DNA of 64,000 bases, taken from contig JBHGNT010000006.1 of the NCBI GenBank assembly GCA_043228905.1, positions 10,416,001 to 10,480,000 on the forward strand, written 5' to 3'. Under the pieces are notes generated by a model. The model was not told where the DNA came from. It saw only the letters and a list, made by a program, of their open reading frames with translations, and searched no databases. Origin of the DNA: Azolla caroliniana (taxonomy: Eukaryota; Plantae; Polypodiophyta). A program made the position numbers and the translations under genes. Shown piece after piece: positions 1 through 13,200 of the stretch. The first letter of the stretch is position 1. Every line of letters begins with the position of its first letter.

Positions 1-511
1 TCCTTTCTTTTCGATCGATCGATTTTACGAACATTAGGACTTTATCCTCCCCCACCAACCGTTGTTCCCGCTCCGAGAGTCGAGCAAAACGATTCTCGAA
101 CTCTAGGAATGCTTGTGTTGCACTTCGGTGGGTCTTCTCCGATGCCACCCATTCGTCGAATTCTCGCCGATCTTTTCCCTTCGATCTCTTGTAATCATAT
201 GCCTCTCGTAAAGCTTCTTCGAATGACCCCCATGTCGAGTTTTGTTGCCGTATCTTGTGGATTCTCTCTTGTAGCTCATCTGTGGCCACCCGATTGAAGG
301 ATGTCACTTGCAATCCTTCCGGTATCCCACATCGTATCATCTCCGCCTTGTAGTCACGTAGATAGCGTGACACATCGTTTCCGTTGAATTGTCCGTTTCG
401 TTGTACGAGCCGCTTTACTGCCCCCGTGATCTCCGACATCACTCGTTGTTCTTGTAGCATCCGCTCGAACATCATCATCATCATGTTCATCGCCTCTTGT
501 TGATTCTCCAT
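1..511 (-). pseudogene. gag: gag N-terminal part of Gypsy element A (runs off the left window edge)
   Basis: Minus-strand translation from ATG at 511 (MENQQE...GQFNGNDVSRYLRDYKAEM...VTSFNRV) aligns by eye to element B gag 9205-9624 (GQFDERNITKFLNAYKREM...ITSFKRV); lies directly downstream of a PBS and LTR. Confidence 0.8.
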
Positions 512-527
512 CTCCTTGCCACCCGCC

Positions 528-545
528 TTCACGTCGGGTTCACCA
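528..545 (-). other. PBS of element A, complementary to the tRNA-Trp 3' end
   Basis: Minus strand TGGTGAACCCGACGTGAA, 4 nt from the LTR; matches the recalled plant tRNA-Trp 3' end ...TTCACGTCGGGTTCACCA; identical to 9660-9677. Confidence 0.85.
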
Positions 546-549
546 ACTG

Positions 550-1271
550 TGTCGTGCCTTTCGGCTCCAGATCGTTTGCGTGAGTCGGGTGGGAACCACT
601 GAGGTTTTGGACTAGGAGAAAGAAAAATACAAATAAGGCTAGTAAAGAATACGTATAAAGAGTTATAAGATAAGAATCTCGTGAATCCCACGAGTTTAGT
701 ATATTTAGTCAATATTTAGGTAGTAAGAGAGAATTATTTTTAGCAAATTCGTGAATCCCACGAATATTTTAGATTGATTGATCATTATAGAAAAATAATC
801 AACAAAAACTACAATGTGCTCCCCATCCTTATATAGTGATGGGAGAGACTAAGCATAGCTACATGCTTTTTCTCATATGTTCATGCACACTAAATGTGCA
901 TGTGATGCTTTTCTAATCCTTGCTTTTATTTGCTAAATATAGTGCTCATGCATGCTAGATGTGCATGAGTCACTTTTTAGTTGCTTGCGTTTTTCTATAA
1001 AATATTCACGCACTCTAAAAATGCATGATTTACCTTTTAATAAAGGTAGGCGCAAATAAAGCAGTTATAGTTATTAAATCTATTTATAAAACACTAAAGA
1101 TAAGGTAGCATAATGGTAAAGTTGAGGTTTGGCTACGTGGAGGTACAGGGTTCGAATCTTGCCTTATGCACGTGATAAATATCTTGATATATTATTTTAT
1201 TTATTTATATGTAATTAAATCGGTTATATTATTTTTACTTTTTCACATAGTGTACGAAATACACTACGACA
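550..1271 (-). mobile_element. 5' LTR of Gypsy element A (722 bp)
   Basis: TGTCGT...ACGACA termini; adjacent PBS; near-identical solo copy at 56335-57056; TATA-like CTATATAAG on the minus strand near 830; right flank ACGT. Confidence 0.9.
1106..1158 (+). promoter_or_regulatory. tRNA-type Pol III internal promoter (A-box/B-box) in U3 of LTR A, antisense to the element
   Basis: TAGCATAATGG (A-box) at 1106 and GGTTCGAATC (B-box) at 1149, tRNA-like 43-nt offset. Confidence 0.65.
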
Positions 1272-2643
1272 ACGTGATTACTTATGCATATATTTAAAAC
1301 AATTGTAACATCATATAAGAACCGAATGATATAAATCCAGATATGTAATCGAGGCGTATAGCCTCTACGCACAGGAAACATCCAAAAATGAGGGTGAATG
1401 TAATACACATTTCAAGTATTGACCTCTTACGTATACGACACCAATCGCATATCCTTTACATAGAAATCAAGGTATTGACCTCATACGCAAATGTAACATA
1501 TGTATGTGAACGTAATACGCAATTGAGACATTAACCTTGTACGCATACAATACAAATCACATATCAAATATATGTGGAATGAGGTATTCACCTCATACAC
1601 ATATGTAAACGTTTTATACAACGAATTAATTACCATGACATCGTATCCATGTAATGAGGGAGGGATGTTGGATATGTGTGTAAAAGGAGCAACCTCACAT
1701 GAAGTGGGTCAAGCCCTACATTGTCAACATCATTGTCGGTATGATCGTTTTGTTACGTAACGAAATCGAAGTGACCAATTGGGGATGTCACTAAAAAAAT
1801 TTGTTGAAAAAGGGATGGTGACTACGCCATTCTCACAAAAATATGAAGATGGCCACTAAGATCCTTTCCCCAAAAAGGACAACGTTCGATATACACAATC
1901 ACGTAATAAAAACTAATATATATTTATGTTTATCATATGTATGCGATTAAATACGTATACACGTGATTACATATGCATATATATGTAAATTGACAATGTG
2001 ATGTTACGATTTACATCATTCGAGATATGATTTTTTTAACGAATGATGTAAATTGAGATATGCATATGTAAATCGTAACATCACATATATTCACCTCATA
2101 CACATATGTAAACGTTTTATACAACCAATTAATTACCACTACAACATCATTCAATCAATGGAAGAAAACCCATATTGACTATACATGATTAGATTGGGAG
2201 AAGAAAGAATAGACAAAAAGAAAGAAAGGGTTACCATAGTTTTGTTGAGATACAAGCTCAACATTGGGTGCGTAAACGGATGCGTAACCCAGTGCATGGA
2301 CTGGGTGCGTAAAACCGTACGCACAACATGGCCGTAGCGGTGCGTAAACCGAGAGGCTGTTAGAACGTTAATCCTCGTAAGGAATAATTTTGGGAGTTAG
2401 TGTAGAAGGCTCATTTATGAGCAGTCAAGTATTGTCAGTACTTATGTCAGCCCAATAGTCAGGGCTTGTATAAAAGGTGCTCACCAAGTACAAAGTATGT
2501 ATAGAGAACATACAATTAATTATTTTTTGAATGTAGTTTCGTTTCTGCTCTCTCCCTCTCTCTCTCCGTCTCATTCTCAATGCTTTTTGCGTTTTACTGA
2601 ACTGTCATACTTCCGAACTATGTACTTTGTCTGTGTCTTATGC

Positions 2644-3885
2644 TGTCGTGAAGATCCGTCACTACGCGCGGATCGTGAGGCGGAACTGCCAGGGTTCTGG
2701 ACTGGAAGGACTCGAAGTTGGCGCTAGCTTTAGTGAGAAAGGCTTTACGATAGATTAAAAGAGAGAGAGACTTTAACGCTTGACTTTGGGTCGAGAGAGA
2801 TTGATATGGCGTGAGAGAGATAGAGAGAGATCAAGATTGGATCCTTGACTTTAGATTTAGGAAACAAGACACACCATCAATTGGAGAACGAATTTTTCTT
2901 CTTCTTAAATTCTTGAATAATACACAACATCCTTTTGATCATTTTCATCCATCCTTTTATAGATGCTCCCATGCATATGATGCATGCGGGTACAAGACAT
3001 GCATACAATGCATGGAATGCATGTGATGCATGTTTGCCATTTGGCACTCATGCATCACATGTCACTCAATCAAGCTTTAATATGAGAATTTACATGTAAA
3101 ACTATAAAAATAAGAAAAACATTTTTAAGGAAAAGTCATAGCCTACTGGTAAGTCTATAGACTCTCAACGTGGAGGTGCAAGGATCAAGTCTTCACTTGC
3201 ACTCCTTTTGAATATACATGTACATATATATAATATGTTTATTATTAATGTATTTTTACAAGGTGTTCCTCTGTCCTATCGACATTTTGCCGGCTCCATC
3301 GCCAGATGATGTCGCCGGTTGCCGGATCCATCGCCGAATGCTGGATGTCGCCGGTTGCCGGATCCATCGCCGAATGCTGGATGCCGCCGGTTGCCGGATC
3401 CATCGCCGAATGCTGGATGCCGCCGTCAATCGGTTACCGTCGGTCGTCGTTGTCGGCTACCGTCGATCGGTCACCGTCATCGGATTCGTCCAAAACACAT
3501 ATTTATATGGATTTGGCTACATCCATTCGTTAAGTCATACAACTTAACTTTTCTATGCTCCACACATAAACACAAAGATAATAGCTTTTGCTCTGCCTTA
3601 TATATGGTGGGATCTTTATTTGTCCTGTCTATGTGGGATATCACATAATTTTCTCTTCTTCTTTGCAAACTTCATACCCACATAACTTGACACTTAGATG
3701 TCTGTTTCCTACGTAATAAAGTAGATTTAGAAACGCTTCAAGAACTCCATCTTTTTGTACCAAGATATTAAACTTATTTAAAATAGTATCTTTACTATTA
3801 TTGCTTTATATTTTGTGAGAAGAACCACACTCGATTTCGTATGTTCCTTATAAGTTTCACACTATCGCCGAAAATCTTCACGACA
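2644..3885 (-). repeat. 3' LTR of element B (1242 bp) with a 36-bp GC-rich tandem repeat (about 3 copies, 3306-3420)
   Basis: Direct repeat of 9686-10286 + 14323-15010; PPT-like GGTGGGGGTGGA on the minus strand at 3886-3897. Confidence 0.9.
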
Positions 3886-3957
3886 TCCACCCCCACCAAA
3901 CCGCACGTCCTCCGAGATGTGCGAAAAAGAGAGAGTGCAAGATTTCGGGGACGATGA

Positions 3958-6900
3958 TCAATCAGATTCTTCCACGTCTTCATTCACATCTGCCTTATTA
4001 CCTTCATCGTTGAGGTGATCGAGGTCAGGATCCTCGTCTTGTCTTTTCTTGAAGATCTTTACTCTTTTTCCCGCAATGGGTATGGCCAGCCTTGATCCAT
4101 CTAGCTCCGCAAGGTGGTATGTTGCATTGTCATTGGCACTTATCACTATATACGGTCCGAACCATCTTCTTGCGAATTTCCTTGTACTGTGTTGATCGTC
4201 AAGGCTGTTGTCGTAGACCAATACTCAATTTCCTTCTTCGATCTTCTTGGGACAAGGTCGATGCGTCTTGTCGAACTGAATTTTGTTGTTCAATTGGGCT
4301 ACCTCCATCATTTTTCGCGCATGTTCTAGATCTTCAAGTCTCCTTTCAAGTTTCCTTATCCATGCCACTAATAATTCTTCTCGGCTCGTCTCGTTCTCCC
4401 ATGGTATCACTACCCATGAGGTGATCGTCCTTTCTATGGGCATCACCGGCTTTTGTCCATACATAAGCTCCGTTGGCATATACCGTGTCACTGAGCTGTG
4501 TGTCGTTCTGTCAACCCACAAGGCATAGGGCAATAGTCGTGACCTATTCTCGACTCGACCGTTGCATGTTCGTACGATGGCTTTGACGATAGGTCCATGC
4601 CCTCGCTCGATCTTCCCATTCGCTTCTGGATTGTAGGTAGTCGTGGGGGAGAGCTTCACACCTAGTCGTTCGAAGAGCTCCGTTGCTTCGTGTGCATCCA
4701 ACTCCCCTCAGTCGGCAACTATCTTTCCCACACATCCATATCGATAGACAACTTCTTCGAGTAGAATTTTGCAAACAACCGACGTTGTTTTATTTGTCAA
4801 GGCCTATCCTTCCACTTGATTTGTCAAGACTTCCCTTGCCAGAGTTAAGTATTTCATTTGTCCCACTCCCATTGGCATTGAGACCAGATCCACCATCCAT
4901 TTGAAGTGTATGGTGAGCAGGTATGTCGGTCATAGCTCATCACGATGATGTATATTCAAATGTACTTGGCATGTTTCGCATGTGGACACAAAATGAAGTA
5001 CATCTTTGTACATGCTTGGCCACCAGTACTTCTCCATCAACTTCTCGAACGTCGCCCATGTTCCTCTATGACCTGTCGAGGCACTCTTGTGGAATTCGGT
5101 CATTAGCGTCACTTGCTCTTCTTTCTTCACCACCACTCGACGTGGTATTCCTGTCCTTCTTTTTGGGTGTCGCCAAAGGAATCCTCCCTTCAAGAAGTAT
5201 TGGTAGGCTTTCTTCTGGATTTGTAGGGCTCCTCCTTCGTCAACGAAGCATCCGTCGTCATCGTTCTTAGGAATCTGCCGATTAGTAACCACTCTCCTTC
5301 GTACTCGTCCTCGTTGAAGGTGTGGAGGGTTATCTGCCAATAGTAGAGCCATCTTGAAGAAGTCGAGGGTGATGTCTTCATCTTCCGAAACCATGTAACC
5401 GTCATTCTCAAATCTGGCCCTGGACAACATCTCGTCATGGCGTTTTTCTTCCCTGCAATATGGCGGATCTCTAGGTTTAAAGACTTGATATAGGCGATCC
5501 ACCTTAGCATAGGTAGATCTGGTGTTGCACATCTTGAGATCATCCTGAGGATTGTGAGACAATCTGTCTCAATTATTACTTCTGATCTGATCAAGTAGTC
5601 TTTGTCCGTCTTCACTACCGACACAATACCCCAAATTTCTCGCTTGACTTGGGCGTATCTTTGTTGCCGTTTGCTGAGAACTTTTGGTCCGAACCGGATG
5701 GCATACCGCGCATTATGTTCTCCTTCTTGGTTGATGACCCACCCGATTCCGGTTGGGCTTGTATCTACAGTCACATAATTTGGCTTTCCTTTGGTATAGT
5801 CGGCTTTTCTTAGTGTTGGAGCTTCAAGTAGTAGTTTCTTCAACCTTCGCATCGCGTTCGTGTGATCTTCTCGCCATTCGAACTTCATTCTTTTCTTTAG
5901 CAACCCATATAAAGGCTTGGTGACATGGGCGTAGTGTGGAATCCAAATATGGTAAAATGCGCATGCTCCAAGGAACCTGCGAACCTCCGTTTGGTTTATG
6001 CATTCTTCTTTCATGTCCTGGATCGCGTTCACCTTTGATGGTGAAGGCTTCCGGCCGTATGCTCCACATAAGTGACCTACCACCAAGGTCTCTAGTTGCC
6101 TGAATGCAGATTTCTCTCTTGAAACTATCAAATTTGCGTTTTCGAGCCTTTGGAGCACCTTCTCGCAATCTTTCATATGATCCACGATGAACTTTCTACA
6201 CCCTTCCTTATCTTTTGATTCCTTCTTCTCTTCATCCGAACATCCTTTTATTGGAATATCATCCAAGAATGGCATCGTGATGTCCGGGATGCAATCCTTC
6301 AAGACCTTGTTCATGGCATTCACCATATGAGCCACCGAGTTCGTTGCACCTTGAGGTAAGGTACACATCCGCAAGACCCCGATCGGAGTCCTCATGTTTG
6401 TAATGTCACAAATGTCGATCGCCAAATGGAATTGGTCATATCTGGAGTAGAGATCACCAATGGAGTAGATGGACCAGCCCGCAAACGCCTCGGCAAATTC
6501 GTCCACGCTCGGGCCGATTCCAACATTTCGAATTGTCACCTTGTTGATGGGTTGAAGATCTTGGATGAATCGCAATGATCCATTCTTCTTCGGCACCGTG
6601 AACCACCTATTAGAGTAAGGAGCATTCTACGGGTCTAGAATACCCATATTCACTTTCTCCTTTAAGAGCTCGATCAGCTTTGGAAGGTGCGCTCTTAGAA
6701 CTGGTATCGGTTTCAAATTCCAAGGTACGTGTGGCACCGTGAAGATCACCATCGGCTCTATCATCCTTGGATCAGCACATCCGATTTCTTGTGGGAAAAA
6801 TGTGAAAGCCTTCCCATGTCTCTCAAGCATGTCGCGAAACATTCGCTCTTCTTCAAGGAGGAGGAAATCCTCCCTTCCAACTCGTAACTTTCCCTTCGTC

Positions 6901-7433
6901 TCTTCGGTGAAGATATGACCTATTGTCTTCGAATCTCTGAAGCTTGGATCGTTAGCAATTTCCTTCATCTTTTGCCAACTATCTTCCAGTAGCGGAACCG
7001 CAACTGGCTTGATCTACTTATCCACCGTTTTATATTTTGTGTTTACTTCAGCTTCCTCCATCAACATGCCACGATAGTATTCATTGATGATAGCGTACAT
7101 GTTGACGGAGTCAACCGAAATCACTCGTTGGTCGTGAAGATAGCTCAAGTTCATGACGTCCTTGATTTCGCCGATGGTGTCGTTAAATGAGGCTTCTTCC
7201 ATAATATGAGTGACGAACTCTTCTTCTTCTATTATGTTATCTTCTTTCAGCATCTTCTCGAATTCTTGTATCCGACGCTTGCCCTTCTTGTCGGGTAGTA
7301 CTAGTTTACATGTGCCACTAGGTGTGACACGTGTTGCTTCTCCTCGCAATCCACGCACTCTTCTTTCTTGTGGGGACTTGTGATTGCTCGGACTATTTGT
7401 GCCCCATGCTTCAATAGTCCGCTCTAAAAATCC
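3958..7433 (-). pseudogene. pol: Element B pol (RT, RNase H, integrase) with stops and frameshifts
   Basis: RT motifs DLYSRYDQ, LPQGATNS, FLDD; RNase H TVDTSPTGIG and ETDC; integrase GHRG...C..C, YNPEANGKIERG, WFGPY. Confidence 0.92.
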
Positions 7434-9624
7434 GAGGATTCGCCTCCAAGACTATCTTGATTCCTTTCATGATTAGCTCGCACCGTTAGGAATTGAACAG
7501 ATCTTTGGTAACTGTCAAGACTCTTTATTCGAGCAAATGCCGCCCCATTGTTGAACACTTTGGTTTCCATCCGAGATGATGTGATATACGGTTGTCCTAG
7601 GATGACAGGATGCGACACCGATTCTTGCACGAAGAAGTGTTGATCCATCTCCACATCCTCAATCGTGACTTTAACATTGGGACAAGCTCCGTACAAATCC
7701 TCCGTAGTCTTTGTTGCCGAGCGAATCTTCCATCTGTGATTTGTATTGATTGGCCATCTTCCTTTTTTGTAGAAGTCGGTAGAAATGAGGTTGATCTCCG
7801 AGTCGTGGTCGATCAAGGCTACCACAATCTCTTTCTTCTCCCCGATCTGGCATCTTTGTTGTCGCTTGTACCCAATGAGGTCGAGTATAGTGGCTGTCCA
7901 CCATTTCTTCATCGACTTCGTCTCTTGCCATCGATATGGCATTTGCTTTCACTTTTAGTGGCTTCTCTTCTTCTTCGTCCGATTGTTTCCTTTTTCGCTT
8001 TACAAGGTCCACAATCGTGTTGCGGAACTCCTTCGTAATGCCGAGTAATTCCCTCAACGACAAAGTCACGTCGCTGTCAAGAACGTGTTCCTCAAGAATC
8101 TTCTTTAGGTCTGTCGTCTGCTCTATGTCTGACCTTAGCTTATAGGTAGGCATAGTCCTTGTCTTTCGAGCAGGGTCTTCGACACCAATCTTCACGGGCT
8201 GAACCGTTTCTTCGACTCGTTTGCTTGACTCCGCTTTTCGGCTTGCGTCTCCTTCCTCCATTTGCAAGGGTCAACTCGTCTCTGCATCTTCTTTCTTTTT
8301 CGCGTTCCTTGTTTCATGTCTTTTTGATGGGCCTTGCTCTTCTATTCTTTTTCTCTTTTCTTCGACGAACACCTCGTGGTTGTCGCATATCAATTCCGCG
8401 AGTATGGTGTTGTCATCCACCGGATCCGACCACCCGGTTATGCTTTGCACGTTTCGGTCTGCAAGCTCTACCTCGTTCGATGTGACCTTCCCCATCTTCT
8501 CATACTCGAGAACGGAAGACCAAAACTTTGCTCCCACTTTCGCAGCTTCATTTTTGTCTTTCCCGACTCTTATTTCGGCCATTGCAGCATAGTGCATCGC
8601 ATCCACATGAGTCACCTCAACATCTTCCATAGACTTCTTCATTCCCCCTCTTCCGAAATTCACCCATAGAGGTCTTCGAGTTTCAATCGAGCAAATCATG
8701 TTGTCATCTATGCATACGATATTTTGTCGAATCACCTCTCGAAGGTTCGCACGATCCCTTCTCATGTGGTCCATGCTATCGCACCACACGCATCTAAAGG
8801 GTTCTTTTCCTTTAGGGCCCAGACGATTCATGTTGGCTAGCGTGACCACCTCAAACTTCTTCACTAGTTCTTCGATGATGTCATCACCAATCTTCTTTTC
8901 TTCCACATTACTTTGTTTTGGCGGCTCACCTACTTTCGGCGGGTCTTGCTTTCTCCGTGACAATCGATCCCATCAAGTCGGTATCATCAACCCATTGGCG
9001 ACACTTGTCGAGCCTATTGCACGCCCGCTTCACCACGATCCAGTCCGCTACAAGCCCATTTGCCTAGGTATCGTCTTCTAGAAGAGTCCCCAATTCTTGT
9101 CTATCCTTCATATCCACAACCTTTAGGAAGTACAAGGTTTTGTCCTCCTCAAGTAGCACTTGGTCTATGGCAGGGAGACGACGAAACATTTGGTCAAATT
9201 CGTCCTACACCCTCGAAGCGCTCATCTTCTTATTCTTCTTTTCTATCCACTTCATCAAGGCATGTTGAGTCATCCTCGACAAATCTTCTGTCGCGAACTC
9301 CGCTAATATCGCTTTCTCAAACTCCGACCACGTTGTCTTCTCTTCTTGAAGTTCGATGACGCACCTTTGGATGTTGTTGGCGACCACTCTCTTGAAACTT
9401 GTGATTTGCCGCGCTTCAGACACGTCCCTTTGATTCATCTCCCTTTTGTATGCATTAAGGAACTTCGTAATGTTCCTTTCGTCGAATTGACCCTCGAGCT
9501 CTACGACACAGTCAACGACCTTCTCCACGCTCGCATCATTGTCTCGAGATCTCATCATTTGTTCGACGATCAACATCATCCTTTCGAAGTCTCCCGCTTG
9601 ATTGCTTGAGGACGTCATCTCCAA
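7424..9624 (-). pseudogene. gag: Element B gag plus aspartic protease (ORF1), disrupted
   Basis: Gag fragments 9205-9624 and 8271-8963 (degenerate knuckle CVWCDSMDH); protease ALIDHDSEINLI...VILGQPY at 7424-7942 ending DF-stop. Confidence 0.85.
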
Positions 9625-9659
9625 GTATTGGTCTCGACTTGATCCTTCCTACCGCCTCT

Positions 9660-9677
9660 TTCACGTCGGGTTCACCA
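9660..9677 (-). other. PBS of element B (tRNA-Trp)
   Basis: TTCACGTCGGGTTCACCA on plus, 8 nt from the LTR starting at 9686. Confidence 0.85.
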
Positions 9678-10286
9678 CTTGATTATGTCGTGAAGATCCG
9701 TCACTACGCGCGGATCGTGAGGCGGAACCGCCGGGGTTCTGGACCGGATGGACTCGAAGTTGGCACTAGCTTTAGCAAGAAAGGCTTTACTATAGATTAA
9801 TAAAGAGAGAGATTTTAACGCTTGACTTTAGGTTGAGAGAGATAGAGAGAGATTAAGATTGAACGCTTGACTTTAGATTTAGGAAACAAGATACACCATC
9901 AATTGGAGAATGAATTTTTCTTCTTCTTAAATTCTTGAATAATACACAACATCCTTTTGATCTTTTTCATCCATCCTTTTATAGATGCTCCCATGCATAT
10001 GATGCATGCGAGTACAAGACATGCATACAATGCATCGAATGCATGTGATGCATGTTTGCCATTTGGTGCTCATGCATTACATGTGACTCAATCAAGCTCT
10101 AATATAAGAATTTACATGTAAAACTATAATGATAAGAAAAACATTTTTAAGGAAAAGTCATACCCTAGTGGTAAGTCTATAGACTCTCAATGTAGAGGTG
10201 CAAGGAGTAAGTCTTCACTTGCACTCCTTTTGAATATACATACACACACACATATATATATGTTTATTATTAATGTATTTTTACAA

Positions 10287-13200
10287 GAACACCGGGTCAT
10301 TTGAAACAGGTAATATGTCGCATTCTCTTTTTCATATCTTAGTGAGATGTTAAAAAACGCCTTATTTAAGCAGAATTTCAACAAGGCACGACGCATGTGT
10401 ATGTGGTTTATGAAAACATAGCGAAAAAAAGAACTAACTAATATCACATCAACAAAATCATCCGACGTATATTCTATCTACCATGTTTTTGTCCAAATCT
10501 TAGACAGGGGTGTATTTGTCAACACAAGTATAATAGTAACACGGGTCTTTGTGCATATTCTAAAAAGCATGCCCCATTGAATTAGTGACTTCTTCTAATT
10601 ATGTGTGTATATTTAAATATAATACATCTTAAAGCAAATTGTGAACCTTGCAATTAAGAGATACTACTATGGCAAGAGAAAATTACCATTGACACGTGAT
10701 ACATGACACTGTCAATGTATAAATAAACTAGTCTACAATAACATTCCAATCATACGAGTAAATGATAGAGTATAAACTTATCTCCGATATACCCCAAATG
10801 ATAAAGGAGAGTTTAGATAACATGTACACATACAAGTATACTTAATTTCTAAGTTCAATGATTGTTACACGAAAATTGTAAGTAAGCTCAACTTATATAT
10901 TACGTCAAAATTTAACAATTCATATTGTTCAAAATTTACAATAAGCCATAACCATTCAATCGAATAATAAGTCTGGTAAAGCCGTCTACTCAGGATTAGC
11001 TCTTTCATCAGGATTGTCCTCATTGGCTTCGTCAGTACGCGAAGTTGAATGGTTAGTATGTTCAGACTCTGAAATGTCTTCTAATTCAACAAGTTGCCCT
11101 ACGTCTTCATCTATAGTTCCACAAGTTTTCTAAAAGTCATCTGGAACATCTAAGTTTTATTGATATGCTTTGCCCCAACTTCTTGGTCTTGATCAGGACA
11201 ACCCCAGATACCTTGGATCCTCATTTTGATGACATTAACTTGCTCAAGGTCCTTCTCTAATGCAACAGAGTTCCTGATAATCTTTAAGGCGTATGTTTTA
11301 GTAGTACATGACAGTAGAATGAAATTGCACAAGTAACATCAAACTGAAGAATAGAATATAACGTTAATCTAAATTGATGTAAGTTTTATATTATATACCT
11401 GTGTCAGAAAACTAATCTAAAACCCATTGAAAATTTGAAACAATAAAATTTGAAAAAATAAAAAATCTTGGATTTTTAATTGGAATCCAATGCAATGCAC
11501 TAGATTTCAGTTGAAAATCCAAGTTTTTTTTTTTTTTGTAATTTTTAAAATTTTTTCCATTAAGAAATAAAAAATGGATTTTCAGCTAAAATACTATGCA
11601 CTACATTATATTTTAGTATATATAGCTAGAATCTAATGCAATGCGTTGGATTAGAGTCGAAAATCCTTTTTTCTTTTTTCTTTTTCCAATGTTATTTATT
11701 TATTTATTTTCCATATAAAATAATAATAAACGGCTTTTCAACTGAAATCCAATACACTACATCAGATCGTAGTCTATACATCTAGACATTGATGCATTGC
11801 ATCAGATTTTAGCTGGCAATCCTCTTTCTTTTCAATTGTTTTTCATTTTTTCAAAAAATAAATAAAATTATATTAAAAAAGTGGATTTCCGACTTAAATC
11901 TAATGCACTACATCGAATTTCAATTAAAAATCCAAATTTCTTTTAGGTTTTTCATAAAACAATGAGATAATAAAAAAATATTACATTTTCAACAAAATCT
12001 GAACGATTGAGTCGGATTTCAATTGCAAATTAATGTTTTATGAAAAAACATAAGAAAAATATTGGACTTTCAACGGAAATCCGATGCACTGCATCGGATT
12101 TCTGTTGAAACTCAGTGATTTTGAACGGAAATCCAATGCAGTGCATCGAATTTCCATTGAAAATCCTGTTGAAAATGATCTGTTTTCAACGGGAATCCGA
12201 TGCACTGCATCGGATTCCCGTTGAAAACACATCATCTTAAATGGAGAAAATCACAATTTGTTTATTTTTAACACTTTTTTAGAGAAAAATATAAACAAAT
12301 AAGAAAATTTGTAAACAAACAAGAAAAAGTGGACTTTCAATGGAAATCCGATGCAGTGCATCGGATTTCCGTTGAAAATCCATTTTTTTCAATTCCTATA
12401 TATTTATTTATGATAAAAACAAAAACAATTCAAAACAAATACAAAAACAAATTCAAAATATCTGAAAAATTGGAAACAAATAAGACAAAATGGATTTTCA
12501 ATAGAAATCCGATGTAGTGCATCGGATTTCTGTTGAAAACCCATTTTTTGCAATTTTTATTTCTTTATTTCTGGGAAAAAATGAAAAAAAATTTAAAAAA
12601 TACAAAAAAATATTTTAAAATATGAAAATTTGGTAACAAATAGCTAAAAGTGGACTTTCAATAGAAATCCGATGCAATGCATCGGATTTCCTTTGAAAAT
12701 TCATTTTTTCAATTTCTATATAGTTATTTATGAGAAAATAGACAAACAAAATACCAAAAAAATTCTAAAAACTATGAAAATTTGGATTGAAAATCTATGT
12801 TTTCAATATTTATTTATTTTTTATAGAAAAAATTCAAAGATATTCAAAAAAATTCAAAAAAAAAGCAAATTTAGAAAAAAATACGTAAAAGTGAACTTTC
12901 AACCAAAATCTGATGTAGTGCATCGGATTTCCGTTGAAAATCCATTTTTTCAATTTTTATTTTTATTTTTATGGGAAAAATTCAAAAAAATTCAAAAAAA
13001 TTCAAAAAAAAAAGCAAATTTGAAACAAAATACGTAAAAGTGGACTTTCAACCAAAATCCGATGCAGTGCATCAGATTTCCGTTGAAAATCCACTTTTTC
13101 AATTTTTATTTATTTTTTTATGGGAAAAATAAAAACAAATTCAAAAACAATTCAAAAAATAAGAAAATTTTAAAAAAAATAAGAGAAATTGGATTTTCAA

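Noticed and set aside
1106-1165. Functional tRNA genes in the LTRs
   Set aside because: A and B boxes are present but acceptor, anticodon and T stems do not pair properly; reported as promoter-like cassettes only
3218-3648. Overlapping repetitive ORFs in the B LTR (also 60475-60972, 18581-19530, 23415-24143)
   Set aside because: Open frames arise from GC-rich tandem repeats inside LTRs; no domain signal
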